NCBI GenBank assembly: GCA_031409335.1
Contig: JANNWY010000195.1
Location: forward strand, 32,001 to 96,000
DNA: 64,000 nt
Direction of reading: 5' to 3'
DNA from: Chthoniobacteraceae bacterium
GTDB lineage: Bacteria; Verrucomicrobiota; Verrucomicrobiia; Chthoniobacterales; Chthoniobacteraceae
The notes under the pieces were generated by a model. The model did no database searches. It saw only the letters and a program-made list of their open reading frames with translations, and was not told where the DNA came from. This document shows, one piece after another, positions 20,201 to 28,689 of the stretch. The first letter of the stretch is position 1. Every line of letters begins with the position of its first letter. The position numbers were made by a program, and so were the translations under genes.

Positions 20201-23200
20201 CACTTGCTGACCCGATGACGTTTCCGCCGTTGACGGCCAGCCCGCCAACGGTCTCGCTTTGCCCGTTGAGGTCGAGCGTGCCGCCGTTGAGCGTTACGAC
20301 AGCAGCATCGTTAATCTGGCTGCTCGCCGAGAGCCGCACGGTCGCACTGCTGCTGACCGTCAAAGCTCCGCTGATCGCCCCGCCGAAATTATTCGCGCCC
20401 CCCCCTTGCGGCTTGTTGAGCACGAGCGTGCCCGCGTTGACCGTGGTTGCGCCGGTGTAGGTGTTGTCGGCCGTGCCAGCGATCGTGACGGTGCCCGTGC
20501 CCAGCTTCATCACCGACCCCGCGCCGGTGATAGGGCGGTTCATCGTCCATGTGCCGTCAAGTCCGAGTTGCCCGCCAGCATTGACGAAAATCGTCGTGCC
20601 CGCGCCGAGCGAGCCGGTCACCCCGGAGAGGTTGAAAGTGAGCTTGCCGGCGTTGATCGTGGCCGTGCCAAAGTTGAGGGTGTCGGCGAAAGTGTTGCGG
20701 ATTTCCTGCGTGCCGGAACCGTTTTTCACGAGGTTCAGGGCCGCGCCACCGCCGCCCGAGAACGAGCGAATGATGCCGTTGAAAATGTGGTCGCCCGTGT
20801 TGTTGATGGTCAGCGTGGCCAGCGTGGGATTGCCGTTTTCCTCGTTCTGAATGATCGAAGCGACATCGTCCGCGTCGGAACTCAGGCCCGCGACGGTTTG
20901 ATTCGAGCCAAGCAACTCGAACTTCGCCGCGGCGTTCCCGTGATTGAAAGTCAGCACCGAGGTCGGGCCGAACTGATTGGCTGCGCCCATGCGCAAAAAG
21001 GCATTGTCCCCCAAGCTCGACCCGAGCGTGACGTTGCCCGGCAGCGCACTGCCGCCAGGGGAAGACGCCATGAGCGAGCGCGTCAGGATCAGCGTCGGGC
21101 CGGTGTAGCTGTTCACCCCGGTGAGCACGAGCGTGCCAGCGCCCGTCTTGATCAGCGAGCCGCTCCCGGAGATCGCACCCGTAAGCGTCAGCGTATTACT
21201 GATCGAGGGAATCGCCACCGTGCCATCTCCAGTGAGCGTGACCACCCGGTTCGTGGTGCCGCTCGCGCCGGTGAATTCGAGCGTGCCGCCATTGAAAACA
21301 AGGCTGCTTCCATCACCGAGCGGACTGGCCGTGCCGTTGTTCGCCACGGTCGGCACAGCCACGGTCCCGCTGTTCAACGTCATCGCGCCCGTGAAGGTAT
21401 TCGCCCCGCTCATGGTCAAAATGCCGGTGCCGGTTTTCGTCAGGCCGAACGCGCCGCCGGATTCCTGCACGATCGTGGAGATATTGAGCTGGCTGCTCCC
21501 TTCGACACGGATTTCGCCACTCGTTTTCAAGCTCAAGGCCAGCGTCCGCCCACCGGCACCCGTGCCGGCGATGGTGGAAACCACGTTGGCATTCGTCTTG
21601 ATGAGCGGAATGCCCGTGCCTCGTCCGCCATTGAGGCTCAAGATCATGTTGGTCGTGCCGCTCGCGTTCGTCAGCGTGGTGTTTGCCGTGCCCGTGAAGG
21701 AAATATCCTGGACTTCCGTGCTGCCGCCGAGGCTCGCGCCGTTGATGTCGATCGTCCCGGTCGCTGCGATCACCGCATTATCCGTGATCGCGGGAATGCC
21801 CGGCGTGAACCAGTTCCCGCCCGTCGCCCACGGTCCATTGTTCACGTTCAGCACTTTCGGAGAGATCACCCGGAATTCCGCGGCAAACCCACCGACCAGA
21901 CCCGCCCCAAAGTTGATCGAAGTCGGGACCATTTTATTCAAGGTCACCCCGAAGCCGTCCGGCACCCTTGCACCGTTGAGCGTGGCGACCACCGCCGCGC
22001 CTTGCAGAAATGGCGTCGAGTCCACTGCAGTGAAAAAGCCGCCCAGGAAAGTGAGGCCGTTCGATAGGCTGCCGAGTTGGAAGTCGAAAGCGATGCGGCT
22101 CGTCGCGCAAAGCGGCACGGCAAAAGGAGTGGTAGGATCGGTCAGGCGCAGCAGATCATTGCTCGGATCGTAGAGCGCGCCGGTATGACCGACATCGAAT
22201 CGAAAATCGGTTTCCTGCGTGGCATTGAGGGACACCGCCGTCAGGATGCCCGTGCCGAGCCCCGGCAGGGCGGTATTCCCGCCGGGCGAAACCGTCCCTC
22301 CGCCAGAGATCACGCTGACACTTCCCGTGCCTCCGAGCGTTGCCTCGGGCAAAAGCGCGATCGGCGAGCTGACGCTGCCCGTGACGAGCAACTTGCCATC
22401 GTTCACGATCGTGGGGCCGGTGTAGGCGTTCGTGCCGCTTAGCGTCAGGGTGCCCTGGCCAGATTTCGTCAAGCCACCGGTGGACGAACTCAGGATGGAA
22501 GAGCTGATCGTCAAGTCATCGGTTGGCAGGTCGGTGCGGACGATCAATTCCGTGGAACCGCCGGTCGTGATGCCGGACCCCGCTCCGCCAAAGATCGTCG
22601 AGGCCCCGCCCGCCTTGAGCAGCCCGCCTTCGGTCAGCGTCAGAGTCGCCCCGGCGGTGAGTCCGAAGGTCGTGTTGCCGCCGAGCCGCAAGGTCCGCCA
22701 CGAGGTGGAATTGAACACCGGAACAAACGCGAAATTCAGATTCACATGATTGCCGGGCGTCAGGGAATTCGTCGCCACGGTATTCGCGTCCGTGCCGTAA
22801 CTGAGCGCGCGCACAAAGCCGCCGGCATCGCGCGCGGCAAAGTTCGCGCCGTCGGCGAAAAGGCGCGGGCTCAGGATGCGGTTGACCGTGCCTGGGACGA
22901 AAATCTCTGCCCCGTTCAAGCCCGGGACGAAGTTTCCCGTCGCCCCCGCAGACGCGGAAAGGCTGGTGAAGGAAAGTCCGCTTTCCGTGGTGCCCATGCC
23001 GGGACTCGTGGTCAGGGTGGAGCGCACGTTCCCGTCGCCGGCCGTGAAAGCGAGCGCGCCATACGGCAGACGCAAGACGGCGTCGAAAGGCGTTTGGTTT
23101 TCCGCGCGATATTCAAACGCGCCGTTGCCCGCGAGCGTGACGTTCGTACTCGGAGGCGCGTTGAGATAGGCGTCAAGCAGCGCGAAATCGCCCGCGTCCA

Positions 23201-24320
23201 CGAGCACCGCCTCGGTTTGGACCGTGCCGCCTTTGACCGTGACCATCCCCAGAACCGCCCCCACGCTGGGCCCTGCGATCGTGGCGAGAGTGCCCAGGGT
23301 CAGCGCGCCGCGCCCGAGTTTTTGAAAGCTGCCGTTGATCGGGATGTTGACCGTCGCGCTGTTTGCGCCCGTATCGATCGTCGGGACCGAGGAGGCCGGA
23401 CGGCTCAGCGTCAACACCGTTCCCGCTCCGATCTCCAGCGCGTAGCCCGAAGAGTCGAACTGCAATCCGCCGGCCGAAATGTCCGCGCCAAGCGTCACGA
23501 TTCCCCCGTTTCCACCGAAGACGGCGATGTCATGCACGTTCACGGTATTGCTCCAGGCAACATCCGTGCCCACGATTCCCCCCGGCAAATTGTCGAACCG
23601 CGCCAAGGTCGTATTCCAAGTCCCCGTGCCTCCGAGCGTCCCATTGTTAAACGCGCCATCGCCATCCCAAATCATCGGCGAAACGCCGGGTGTGGCGCTG
23701 CGGCTCGTCGCGGCGATCTCCGCGGCGGAGAAGCGCGTGCGTGCATTGGGGAACACCGAGTCCCTGCTCACCAGATAATCGTTGCCGGTGGCGTAGGCGG
23801 TGAACTTGATCTCACTGAGATTCTTATCGCTCCCTGCCAGGATCTGATTGCCTGGAGCGGAGCCCGTTCCCTCGAAAATCACCTCGAAAATATCCACGTC
23901 GCCCGGAGTGAATGTCCCGGCGCTCCCGCTGATTTGAAAGGTGTTGCCAACGAGTTCGATTACATATCCGGCCGAAAGGAACGGCTCGCGGATGTTAGAC
24001 ATGATGTTCGATAGATTGATCTCGGCGTCATCGACCTGAAAGTGGAGTTGAAACGCTTCCACCTCGGGTGGATCGACCCGCATCACCCACGTAGCGGTAC
24101 CCGTGGAGTACGAAAGCGACATCGTCGTCTTCGTGCCGCCGGTCGCGGTCGCGGCGTGGCCGCAATCTGGAGCGAGCACGATCAGCCCCATGCAGACAAG
24201 CAGCGGGGGGAGGATGGGACGCGCAAGGATCGGCTGGCGAACCAGCCCGGGGGAGGGAGGATTTTTACACATAGCTTTATCGACCGCCTCGCCTTTCGTC
24301 ACGAAAGACGAATTACACAT
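17265..24320 (-). CDS. Giant PEP-CTERM surface protein with many passenger-associated beta-strand repeats (2351 aa)
   Basis: Many LTKxGxGTLTLxGxNTYTGxTxxxxGTL repeats and C-terminal VPEPGSLSLLLLGALSLLRRGKR. Start could also be 24272 or 24191. Confidence 0.9.
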   Translation of the reverse strand: MCNSSFVTKGEAVDKAMCKNPPSPGLVRQPILARPILPPLLVCMGLIVLAPDCGHAATATGGTKTTMSLSYSTGTATWVMRVDPPEVEAFQLHFQVDDAEINLSNIMSNIREPFLSAGYVIELVGNTFQISGSAGTFTPGDVDIFEVIFEGTGSAPGNQILAGSDKNLSEIKFTAYATGNDYLVSRDSVFPNARTRFSAAEIAATSRSATPGVSPMIWDGDGAFNNGTLGGTGTWNTTLARFDNLPGGIVGTDVAWSNTVNVHDIAVFGGNGGIVTLGADISAGGLQFDSSGYALEIGAGTVLTLSRPASSVPTIDTGANSATVNIPINGSFQKLGRGALTLGTLATIAGPSVGAVLGMVTVKGGTVQTEAVLVDAGDFALLDAYLNAPPSTNVTLAGNGAFEYRAENQTPFDAVLRLPYGALAFTAGDGNVRSTLTTSPGMGTTESGLSFTSLSASAGATGNFVPGLNGAEIFVPGTVNRILSPRLFADGANFAARDAGGFVRALSYGTDANTVATNSLTPGNHVNLNFAFVPVFNSTSWRTLRLGGNTTFGLTAGATLTLTEGGLLKAGGASTIFGGAGSGITTGGSTELIVRTDLPTDDLTISSSILSSSTGGLTKSGQGTLTLSGTNAYTGPTIVNDGKLLVTGSVSSPIALLPEATLGGTGSVSVISGGGTVSPGGNTALPGLGTGILTAVSLNATQETDFRFDVGHTGALYDPSNDLLRLTDPTTPFAVPLCATSRIAFDFQLGSLSNGLTFLGGFFTAVDSTPFLQGAAVVATLNGARVPDGFGVTLNKMVPTSINFGAGLVGGFAAEFRVISPKVLNVNNGPWATGGNWFTPGIPAITDNAVIAATGTIDINGASLGGSTEVQDISFTGTANTTLTNASGTTNMILSLNGGRGTGIPLIKTNANVVSTIAGTGAGGRTLALSLKTSGEIRVEGSSQLNISTIVQESGGAFGLTKTGTGILTMSGANTFTGAMTLNSGTVAVPTVANNGTASPLGDGSSLVFNGGTLEFTGASGTTNRVVTLTGDGTVAIPSISNTLTLTGAISGSGSLIKTGAGTLVLTGVNSYTGPTLILTRSLMASSPGGSALPGNVTLGSSLGDNAFLRMGAANQFGPTSVLTFNHGNAAAKFELLGSNQTVAGLSSDADDVASIIQNEENGNPTLATLTINNTGDHIFNGIIRSFSGGGGAALNLVKNGSGTQEIRNTFADTLNFGTATINAGKLTFNLSGVTGSLGAGTTIFVNAGGQLGLDGTWTMNRPITGAGSVMKLGTGTVTIAGTADNTYTGATTVNAGTLVLNKPQGGGANNFGGAISGALTVSSSATVRLSASSQINDAAVVTLNGGTLDLNGQSETVGGLAVNGGNVIGSASGFLGLFGHVTADASTNSTIAARVNLAVSSPGAARNFTVATGGTLTVSGTVEDGFTGNAANLVKAGAGTLTLAGMNTFTGGVNIMVGTLAAAGGGDQTGRLGQGAVTVNASTTLRSDIGDSFGFFGGAPSVINVLGGTVTTGGAGNFRTTVPSLNLTGGTVTSAGGNTGDGSSGVYSINSGSTVTTNASVTTSTINAPSFGLQSPIVFTVADGSAATDLLVSSALTNVTYGGAAGGVTKAGTGTMTLSGANTYTGATTVNAGTLVLSGSLPNNSAINVNGGTFLVNGSVGAGSLTTVIVGGTVAGTGTINGTLSAAASSIVRVGDIGAGTLTVGTLSFGGAAASPSNVALASTGSVLSRLNVTTMGGLAANGGANSVRLNLSGSTLALGLQVLIDYTGAIGGGGFGGFLLGTLPPRTAAALVNNAGNTSIDLNVTAVDSPVWSGALGSAWSTAVLGPPKNWVLASNNGITTDFLTSDSVLFSDFATTTAVAINGADVTPALIRFNNTTKNYTVTGSNGIAGFLPFTKDGTGTVTLSTTNSFTGPMTLNFGTLSIPTIADGGSPSALGAGSNITFNGGTLQFTGASGSTNRALTLTGAGTISTTTALTLGGQIAGIGGLTKAGTGTLTLTGVNTFTGTTTLSQGNLVLGSAGGTALPGNVTLGTGVQAGIFLIMGAPNQFGPTSVVTFNNGPSRDNKFELRGFNQTVAGIQSDADDTLSIIQNQESGAPPTATLTINNTSNFIFNGLIRTRVGGPLNLVKTGLGTQEIRNVAAAPHAFGTATISAGKLTFNLSGATGTLAATTSVSIAAGATLGLDGTWNMNRDISGAGTVVKQGAGAVTISGAQSYATLQTLAGTTTLTSSLPGATINNTGGILNLNANATNSTVNVSAVTNFGASQTLTALNIGVGAVATLVAAGPSPADDGGGDMNNAGVLDLPEDFLSGEGVLLPAGPAVPEPGSLSLLLLGALSLLRRGKREPLT

Positions 24321-24519
24321 GGGATTGCGACCACTTCGCTACGAATTGTCAATCACGGAATTCGCATATTTTCAGCAGCTCACTCACAAACAACGGACGT
24401 GTTTGCGAAGATGCCGCGCGCTGGTCTCCCGAAACGAATTGTGGCGGCTGGATTTGCCGGATTTCGGACGCGCCGCCTCCGCTCGGGCGGGTGTTTTCCA
24501 ATCGATCAACTCAATCGCC

Positions 24520-24548
24520 CCCTTCGGCAAGCTCAGGGCCTTCGGCAA
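24520..24548. repeat. REP-like motif CCCTTCGGCAAGCTCAGGGCCTTCGGCAA
   Basis: Resembles the widespread CCCTTCGACAAGCTCAGG intergenic repeat; one and a half copies just downstream of the 24552 gene's stop. Confidence 0.5.
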
Positions 24549-24551
24549 ATC

Positions 24552-27068
24552 TCAAAATCTCTGCCTCACCCGCCGCAGCAATCCGAGCGTTCCCAACAGC
24601 AGCAGACTCAGCGTGCCCGGCTCCGGAACGATGCGGATTTGCAGCGCGCGACCGGCGACCGGGCCTGCGCCAAAGTCGGCGATCTGGGGGATCATTTGGT
24701 CGAACACGATGCCGAAGTCGCCAGGCATCGGGGTGCCGTTGAATGTGGAAACATAGGCGGCGTCGCGGACGTAATCCGAAAAATCGGTGAGTGAATCGGT
24801 GAAGAAGCCCACGATGAAGAGGTCGCCGAGCGTAAGGAACGGCACGCCGAGATCGAAGAGCAGCCGGTTCGTGGCGCACAGGCCCGTGGTGAATGGAGTG
24901 GCGCCCGTGAGGTGCAACACATCGTTCCCGCTGGCGGAAGCGAAGAGGTAGTCCGGCCCGAACTGGCTGACCTCGAAGTGGAAACCCATGTCGAGCGAGG
25001 GATCGACGGAGGTCGCGGTGAGAATGCCCGCGCTCGCGCCGGGCGAGACGGTGCCCGCGCCGGAGAGCGCGCCCACCGTTCCAGTCCCACCGAGCGTCGC
25101 GCTGCCACTGAGGTTGACCGCGGAGGAGGTCGCGATCGAGCCGTTGACGATCAACGTGCCTTCCAGCACGTCGGTGGGGCCGGTGAAGGTATTGGTGCCC
25201 GTGAGAGTCAGCGTGCCCGCACCGGATTTCAGCAGGCCAGCGGTGTTGAAGATCGGACTCGCGATGGTGAGCGCATCGGCGACGGTGTCGGTGCGGACGA
25301 CGAGCGTGGGACCGGCGGTGGTGAGTCCGCCAGTCAAGTTGCCGGGAGCGTGACTAATCATTCCCGGTGCGCCGCCGCCGGATTTGATCAAGCCGCCTTC
25401 CGAGAGCGTGAGCGTTTGGTCCGCGCCAAATGTGCCTCCCGCGGCGTTGCCGCCGAGATTCAAGGTGCGGAACGAAAAGCCGGGGAGTGTGCCGGGCGCG
25501 GGGCCGGTGATTTTCACATGCGTGTTGGGAGCGGCCGTGTCGATCGGGGAAGTGTTCGCGTCACTGCCATAATTAAGCGCCCTCACAAATCTCTCGAAGG
25601 CACCGGCACCGGGATTGACTGCGGCGTAATCGGCGCCGTTAAAAAAGAGCGTCGGGCTCAAAAGCTGGGCGGTTGGAGGACTGACGACGAAAAAGATGCC
25701 CGTACTAAGTGCGTTGGCGACCACGAAATTTCCCGTCGCAACACCGCTCGGAACGACCAGTGAATTAAAGACGAGGAAGGTGGCTCCGAAGCCGCCGGAG
25801 ACGATTTCCACCGTGCCGTCACCCGAGCCAAAGGTCAGCGCGCCAACGTTCTCAGCACGTAAATCGGTGCTTCCGTTGAGATACCGCAGCGTGCCCTTTC
25901 CCGTAAAGAGGATCGCGGAGTTATCGCTCAACTGATTTTGCCCGCCCGGAAAGACATTGGTCGCGTCGAGTGCCACGGTGCCGCCTTTAATCGTGGTCGC
26001 GCCCGTGTAGGTGTTTGCGCCACCGAGGGTGAGCGTGCCTTTGCCGATTTTTTGGAGTCCGCTGGAACCCACGATCGGCGAGTTGATCGTCGCATCGTTT
26101 CCGCCGGTATCGATCGTCCCCGCCGCACCGCCGGGCTTGCTAAGATTGAGGCTGCCGCCTTGGAAAGTGTAACCCGGCATGTCAAAGCGCAGTCCTCCCG
26201 CCGAGATCGGCTCCGCGAGCGTGACGATCCCCGTGCCCGGATTGCCGCCGAAGATCGCCTCGTCGTTGACGTTGATTGAGTTGCCCCAGAAGACGTTCGG
26301 AAACTCCTGCACCGGCCCCAAAACGTTAGTGTTCAGGTTGTCCCAACTGACGCCCGTCGTATTCCAAGTCCCCGGCCCGCCCATCGTCCCGTTGTCGTTC
26401 ACGGCATCGGGATCCCAGACCATGGGATTCACCCCCGGCGTGACAGTGCGGCTGGTTGTGCCGATCTCCGCCGCAGTGATTCTCCTCGACACGGATCCCG
26501 GCACGTTTGGATCCCGCGCCATGATGAAATCGTTGCCTTTGGCAAACATGGTGAACTTGATCTGGTCGAGCGGCTTGTTGTTTCCCGTCCCGACCGCTCC
26601 CAAGCCGCCACCCGCCGGAGCGGGTGCCGGAGAAGGCGGAATAGGCGGAGTCGCGGTAAATCGCCCCTCAAAAATGTCCACATCGCCAGGGGTGAGCGAG
26701 AGCGCCGTCCCGGACACTTGATACCCGTTGGCTCCGTCCGGCACCACGGAAATCATCATGAACGGATTCCGCCCATCGACACCCATCTCCGGCGAGAAAG
26801 TGAGGTCCGGCACGGCTTCGCCCGGATCGAACTGGATGTGGAGTTGGAAAGATTCCACATCCTCGGGATCGCAGCGCATGACCCACTTGGAGCCCGTTGC
26901 GTAATACTTGAGCGACATCGTGGTCGTCGTGCCGCCGGTCGCGGTCGCGGCCTGACTGGCTTCAGGGAGGACAGCAAGCCACCCGAGACCAGCCAGCATC
27001 GGCAGGATTAGTGTGCGTACGAGGATTGACCGGGAAACCGGCCAGTGGGGGGAGTGGCTAGAGTTCAT
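24552..27068 (-). CDS. PEP-CTERM surface protein with passenger repeats; paralog of the N-terminal third of 17265-24320
   Basis: ATG 27068 with GAGG RBS, signal peptide ending EASQA, GLQKIGKGTLTLGGANTYTG repeats, and VPEPGTLSLLLLGTLGLLRRVRQRF. Confidence 0.9.
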   Translation of the reverse strand: MNSSHSPHWPVSRSILVRTLILPMLAGLGWLAVLPEASQAATATGGTTTTMSLKYYATGSKWVMRCDPEDVESFQLHIQFDPGEAVPDLTFSPEMGVDGRNPFMMISVVPDGANGYQVSGTALSLTPGDVDIFEGRFTATPPIPPSPAPAPAGGGLGAVGTGNNKPLDQIKFTMFAKGNDFIMARDPNVPGSVSRRITAAEIGTTSRTVTPGVNPMVWDPDAVNDNGTMGGPGTWNTTGVSWDNLNTNVLGPVQEFPNVFWGNSINVNDEAIFGGNPGTGIVTLAEPISAGGLRFDMPGYTFQGGSLNLSKPGGAAGTIDTGGNDATINSPIVGSSGLQKIGKGTLTLGGANTYTGATTIKGGTVALDATNVFPGGQNQLSDNSAILFTGKGTLRYLNGSTDLRAENVGALTFGSGDGTVEIVSGGFGATFLVFNSLVVPSGVATGNFVVANALSTGIFFVVSPPTAQLLSPTLFFNGADYAAVNPGAGAFERFVRALNYGSDANTSPIDTAAPNTHVKITGPAPGTLPGFSFRTLNLGGNAAGGTFGADQTLTLSEGGLIKSGGGAPGMISHAPGNLTGGLTTAGPTLVVRTDTVADALTIASPIFNTAGLLKSGAGTLTLTGTNTFTGPTDVLEGTLIVNGSIATSSAVNLSGSATLGGTGTVGALSGAGTVSPGASAGILTATSVDPSLDMGFHFEVSQFGPDYLFASASGNDVLHLTGATPFTTGLCATNRLLFDLGVPFLTLGDLFIVGFFTDSLTDFSDYVRDAAYVSTFNGTPMPGDFGIVFDQMIPQIADFGAGPVAGRALQIRIVPEPGTLSLLLLGTLGLLRRVRQRF

Positions 27069-27404
27069 AAATGACCTCGTCGGCCCCGTTAATGGACAGC
27101 CGAAGGGATGGATAGATGGCGCGCATGGCCGACTACTTGTCAAGGGTTCATTTCGCCCGAATGGCTCAGTGCTCAGCCATCTTCCGAGCCTTTAATACGT
27201 TACGCGTTTCCGGCACGCTGGCAGCCCGTGCTACGGCGCGATTGCCGACGTTTGATCCAAAACTCCGCGATGGGGTTGACCGCGGATTCCGATCCCGATC
27301 TCAGGTTCAAAAAGTAAAAGCTCGCAGCCGCCGAGAGTCCGCAAAACTTCGGCATCGGCAGCAGATCGCGGCGATCCTGCCGAAACTTGGAAAGGCGTGC
27401 GCGG

Positions 27405-28472
27405 CTAGTAAACCCCTTCGACGATCTTGTTCTCCATCGCGCCGAACGGACGCACTTCGGCGACGCCGTCCCACGCATACGGTGCGCGGGGTTTGCGGCG
27501 GAGGGCTTCGTCCCGCTCGAGGAAGCGGGGCATGAAAAACTCTTTCGTGAGCGTGGTCAGCTCGACCCGGCCCCAGGTGTCGTATGGGACCGTATTCGTC
27601 GTATCTTTCGGATCGACCACGCGCAGCACGGCGCGCGGTTGCGGGGCGTAGTAGGTGATCGAGAAATTGTCCTCCGGCAAAAGCGGGACGCTGGCGGCTA
27701 GGCCCATGAGCGTGTTGCCGTAGGTCGGGTAGAAACCGATGCGGCCTTCCAGCACTTCCTCGACGATGAAACGCACGTATTGCGGGAGCATCGTGGTGCC
27801 GCCGCAGAAGACGCCGCGAATGCCAGCCTCGTAGATGTCCACCTTCTCTGCGAGTGCTTCGAGCAGCTTTGGCGTGGTGAAGAGGCCGCTGACTTTGCGG
27901 TGCTTCAGGATCACCGCGGCCTGATCGGCGACGTGTTCCATGTATTGTTTCGCCACGTCGAATTGCTTCGCGGAAATCAGCTTTTTCACGAAGCGTGGGT
28001 CGAGGTCGATGAAGTAACACGACGATCCGCGGACGTGCGCGAGGTGCTCGATCGCGAGCCGCAGACGGCGCGGCCCGGTCGGTCCCATCATCAGCCAGGC
28101 ACCGCCGCGCGGGAAATGTTCGTCGGAAATTTTTTCGCTGAACTCGCTGTAATCCACTTTGTAGTCGGTCCAGCCGATGCGCTGTTTCGGCATCCCGGTC
28201 GTGCCCCCGGTCTCGAAAATGTTAAACGGTTTGCCTTTGAACTCCGCGGGCACCCACACTTCCGGCTGCAAGTCGCGCAGCCATTCATCCTCGAAATGCG
28301 GGAATTTTTTCACGTCGTCGATCGTCTTGATCTCCGCGTGCGGATCGAAGTTTTTCTTTGCCCAATCGAGCCAGAACGGGCAGCCGGTTTCCGGCGAGAA
28401 ATGCCACGCGATGATCTCGCGCAGGTGGGTGTCGAGTTGAGCTTGGGCCTGTTCGGAAGTGAGTTGGGTCAT
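27405..28472 (-). CDS. EhpF-like ANL-superfamily adenylating enzyme (phenylacetate-CoA ligase/EhpF-related)
   Basis: WHFSPETGCPFWL, FDP..IKTIDD, P-loop-like FETGGTTGMPK, YGNTL, ERD. The WHFSxETGxPFWL start resembles EhpF as I recall it. Confidence 0.75.
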   Translation of the reverse strand: MTQLTSEQAQAQLDTHLREIIAWHFSPETGCPFWLDWAKKNFDPHAEIKTIDDVKKFPHFEDEWLRDLQPEVWVPAEFKGKPFNIFETGGTTGMPKQRIGWTDYKVDYSEFSEKISDEHFPRGGAWLMMGPTGPRRLRLAIEHLAHVRGSSCYFIDLDPRFVKKLISAKQFDVAKQYMEHVADQAAVILKHRKVSGLFTTPKLLEALAEKVDIYEAGIRGVFCGGTTMLPQYVRFIVEEVLEGRIGFYPTYGNTLMGLAASVPLLPEDNFSITYYAPQPRAVLRVVDPKDTTNTVPYDTWGRVELTTLTKEFFMPRFLERDEALRRKPRAPYAWDGVAEVRPFGAMENKIVEGVY

Positions 28473-28571
28473 GTGCGGGAAAAATACGTAAGCCAACGCA
28501 TATCGGGACGCGGCCCCGGCGCAAATGGCAAACTCTCGGCTTTTGCCGCCAAAGCGACGACCATCTGCGCC

Positions 28572-28603
28572 AGTGAATAGCCTGTGAATAACTCTGTGGA
28601 ATG
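28572..28603. promoter_or_regulatory. DnaA-box-like triplet in the divergent promoter region
   Basis: TGTGAATAA (28583-28591) is the reverse complement of TTATTCACA, fitting TTWTNCACA. It is flanked by the degenerate copies AGTGAATAG (28572) and TGTGGAATG (28595). Confidence 0.3.
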
Positions 28604-28689
28604 GCTTGAACTTTCAGCAGGGCGACGGATTGAATATGGCTTCCCTCATTTTTGCGGTGAATGAGGCCGTACTAAACCGAACTGTGACT

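Noticed and set aside
536..24014. Many long plus-strand ORFs over the TpsB/TpsA/PEP-CTERM genes (e.g. 536-2197, 3575-5311, 10463-13219, 20259-22067)
   Set aside because: Reverse-frame shadows of Gly/Ala/Thr-rich genes; the minus-strand frames carry the recognisable domains.
28572..28603. Replication origin
   Set aside because: Only one consensus DnaA box, no AT-rich unwinding element, and no dnaA/dnaN/gidA context.
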